Shown: one piece after another, positions 63,250 to 64,000 of the stretch | Layout: the number at the start of each line of letters is the position of its first letter | Numbering within the stretch: position 1 is the stretch's first letter | The notes under the pieces: model-generated | Told to the model about the DNA's origin: nothing | Database searches by the model: none | The model's input: only the letters and a program-made list of their open reading frames with translations | Position numbers and translations under genes: made by a program | From: Octopus sinensis | Lineage: Eukaryota | Length of the DNA: 64,000 nt | Assembly: GCF_006345805.1 (NCBI RefSeq) | Contig: NW_021832576.1 | Location: forward strand, 8,483-72,482 | Direction: 5' to 3'

Positions 63250-63830
63250 GTTTCAAATTCTTGCACAAGGCCAGTAATTTCGACACTAGTGTTTAACTGG
63301 TGCCTATTTTATCGACCCAGAAAGGATAAGTGGAAGCACTCCGTCGGTTACGACGACGAGGGTTCCGGTTGATCCGATCAACAGAACAGCCTGCTCGTGA
63401 AATTAACGTGTAAGTGGCTGAGCACTCCACAGACACGTGTACCCTTAACGCAGTTCTCGGGGATATTCAGCGTGACACAGAGAGTGAAAAGGCCGGCCCT
63501 TTGAAATACAGGTACAACAGAACAGGAAGGAAGAGTGAGAGAAAGTTGTGGTGAAAGAGTACAGCAGGGATCACCACCATCCCCGGCCGGAGCCTCGTGG
63601 AGCTTTTAGGTGTTTTCGCTCAATAAACACTCACAACGCCCGGTCTGGGAATCGAAACCGCGATCCTACAACCGCGTGTCCGCTGCCCTAACCACTGGGC
63701 CATTGCGCCTCCCCAGAAAGGATACATAACAAAGTCGACCTCGGTGGCATTTAAACTCAGAACATATAGATTGATGAAATGCCGCTAAGCCCTTTGTCCA
63801 TCGAATTAACGATTCTGCCAGCTCGCCGTC
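63250..63830 (-). mobile_element. SINE family A copy split by a family C SINE
   Basis: TTTTATCGACCCAGAAAGGATA | AAAGTCGACCTCGG...TTCTGCCAGCTCGCCG. Confidence 0.8.
63329..63712 (-). mobile_element. tRNA-derived SINE family C (OR1/OR2-like) with 12-bp TSD
   Basis: Reverse-complement head GGAGGCGCAATGGCCCAGTGGTTAGGGCAGCGG...GGTTTCGATTCCC. CCAGAAAGGATA is duplicated at 63317 and 63713. It shares its 5' half with 54797-55107 but has a different tail. Confidence 0.9.
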
Positions 63831-64000
63831 TTCTTCCTGTCTAGGGATGTTAATCAGACTTAGTCAACATATTTGGTAAGCCTATATAGAGGTTATCCTC
63901 TGTACAAGAGCATTAATCCTAATATAACACATGCATTGTACGATAGCTTGGCTACATCACACAAGTCTTTTAATCCACGTTAGATCCCCAAATATCGTAA

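Noticed and set aside
63630-63712. Possible tRNA gene (also 55030-55107)
   Set aside because: The tRNA-like head continues into a SINE body flanked by a TSD, and it lacks a proper acceptor stem.

Overview
AT-rich eukaryotic DNA made almost entirely of repeats. The SINE families and microsatellite load look like an Octopus/coleoid cephalopod genome (inference). I found no credible host protein-coding exon, and nearly all ORFs in the supplied track are microsatellite read-throughs or antisense frames of transposons. (1) A near-complete Penelope-like element (PLE, Neptune-type RT plus GIY-YIG, 28903-34366, minus strand) has 1.24-kb direct repeats that each carry a minimal hammerhead ribozyme (HHR). 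Unusually, it also has a separate 411-aa coiled-coil ORF1 joined to the RT frame by an in-frame T-TTT-TTA slippery site. (2) About ten non-coding fold-back or tandem elements are spread across the window, most of them embedded in (TA)n and several with recognisable hammerhead cores. They look like non-autonomous retrozyme-like passengers of PLEs. (3) Restriction-like-endonuclease (R4/Dong-type) LINE fragments sit in (TAA)n, along with a 550-bp non-coding element in the same target, and a second RLE family is associated with (CATA)n. (4) There are also two mariner elements (one interrupted by a CR1-like LINE, one by a Helitron), several MITEs, RTE-like relics and many tRNA-derived SINEs. All alignments and RNA folds were done by eye, so element ends may be off by a few bases.
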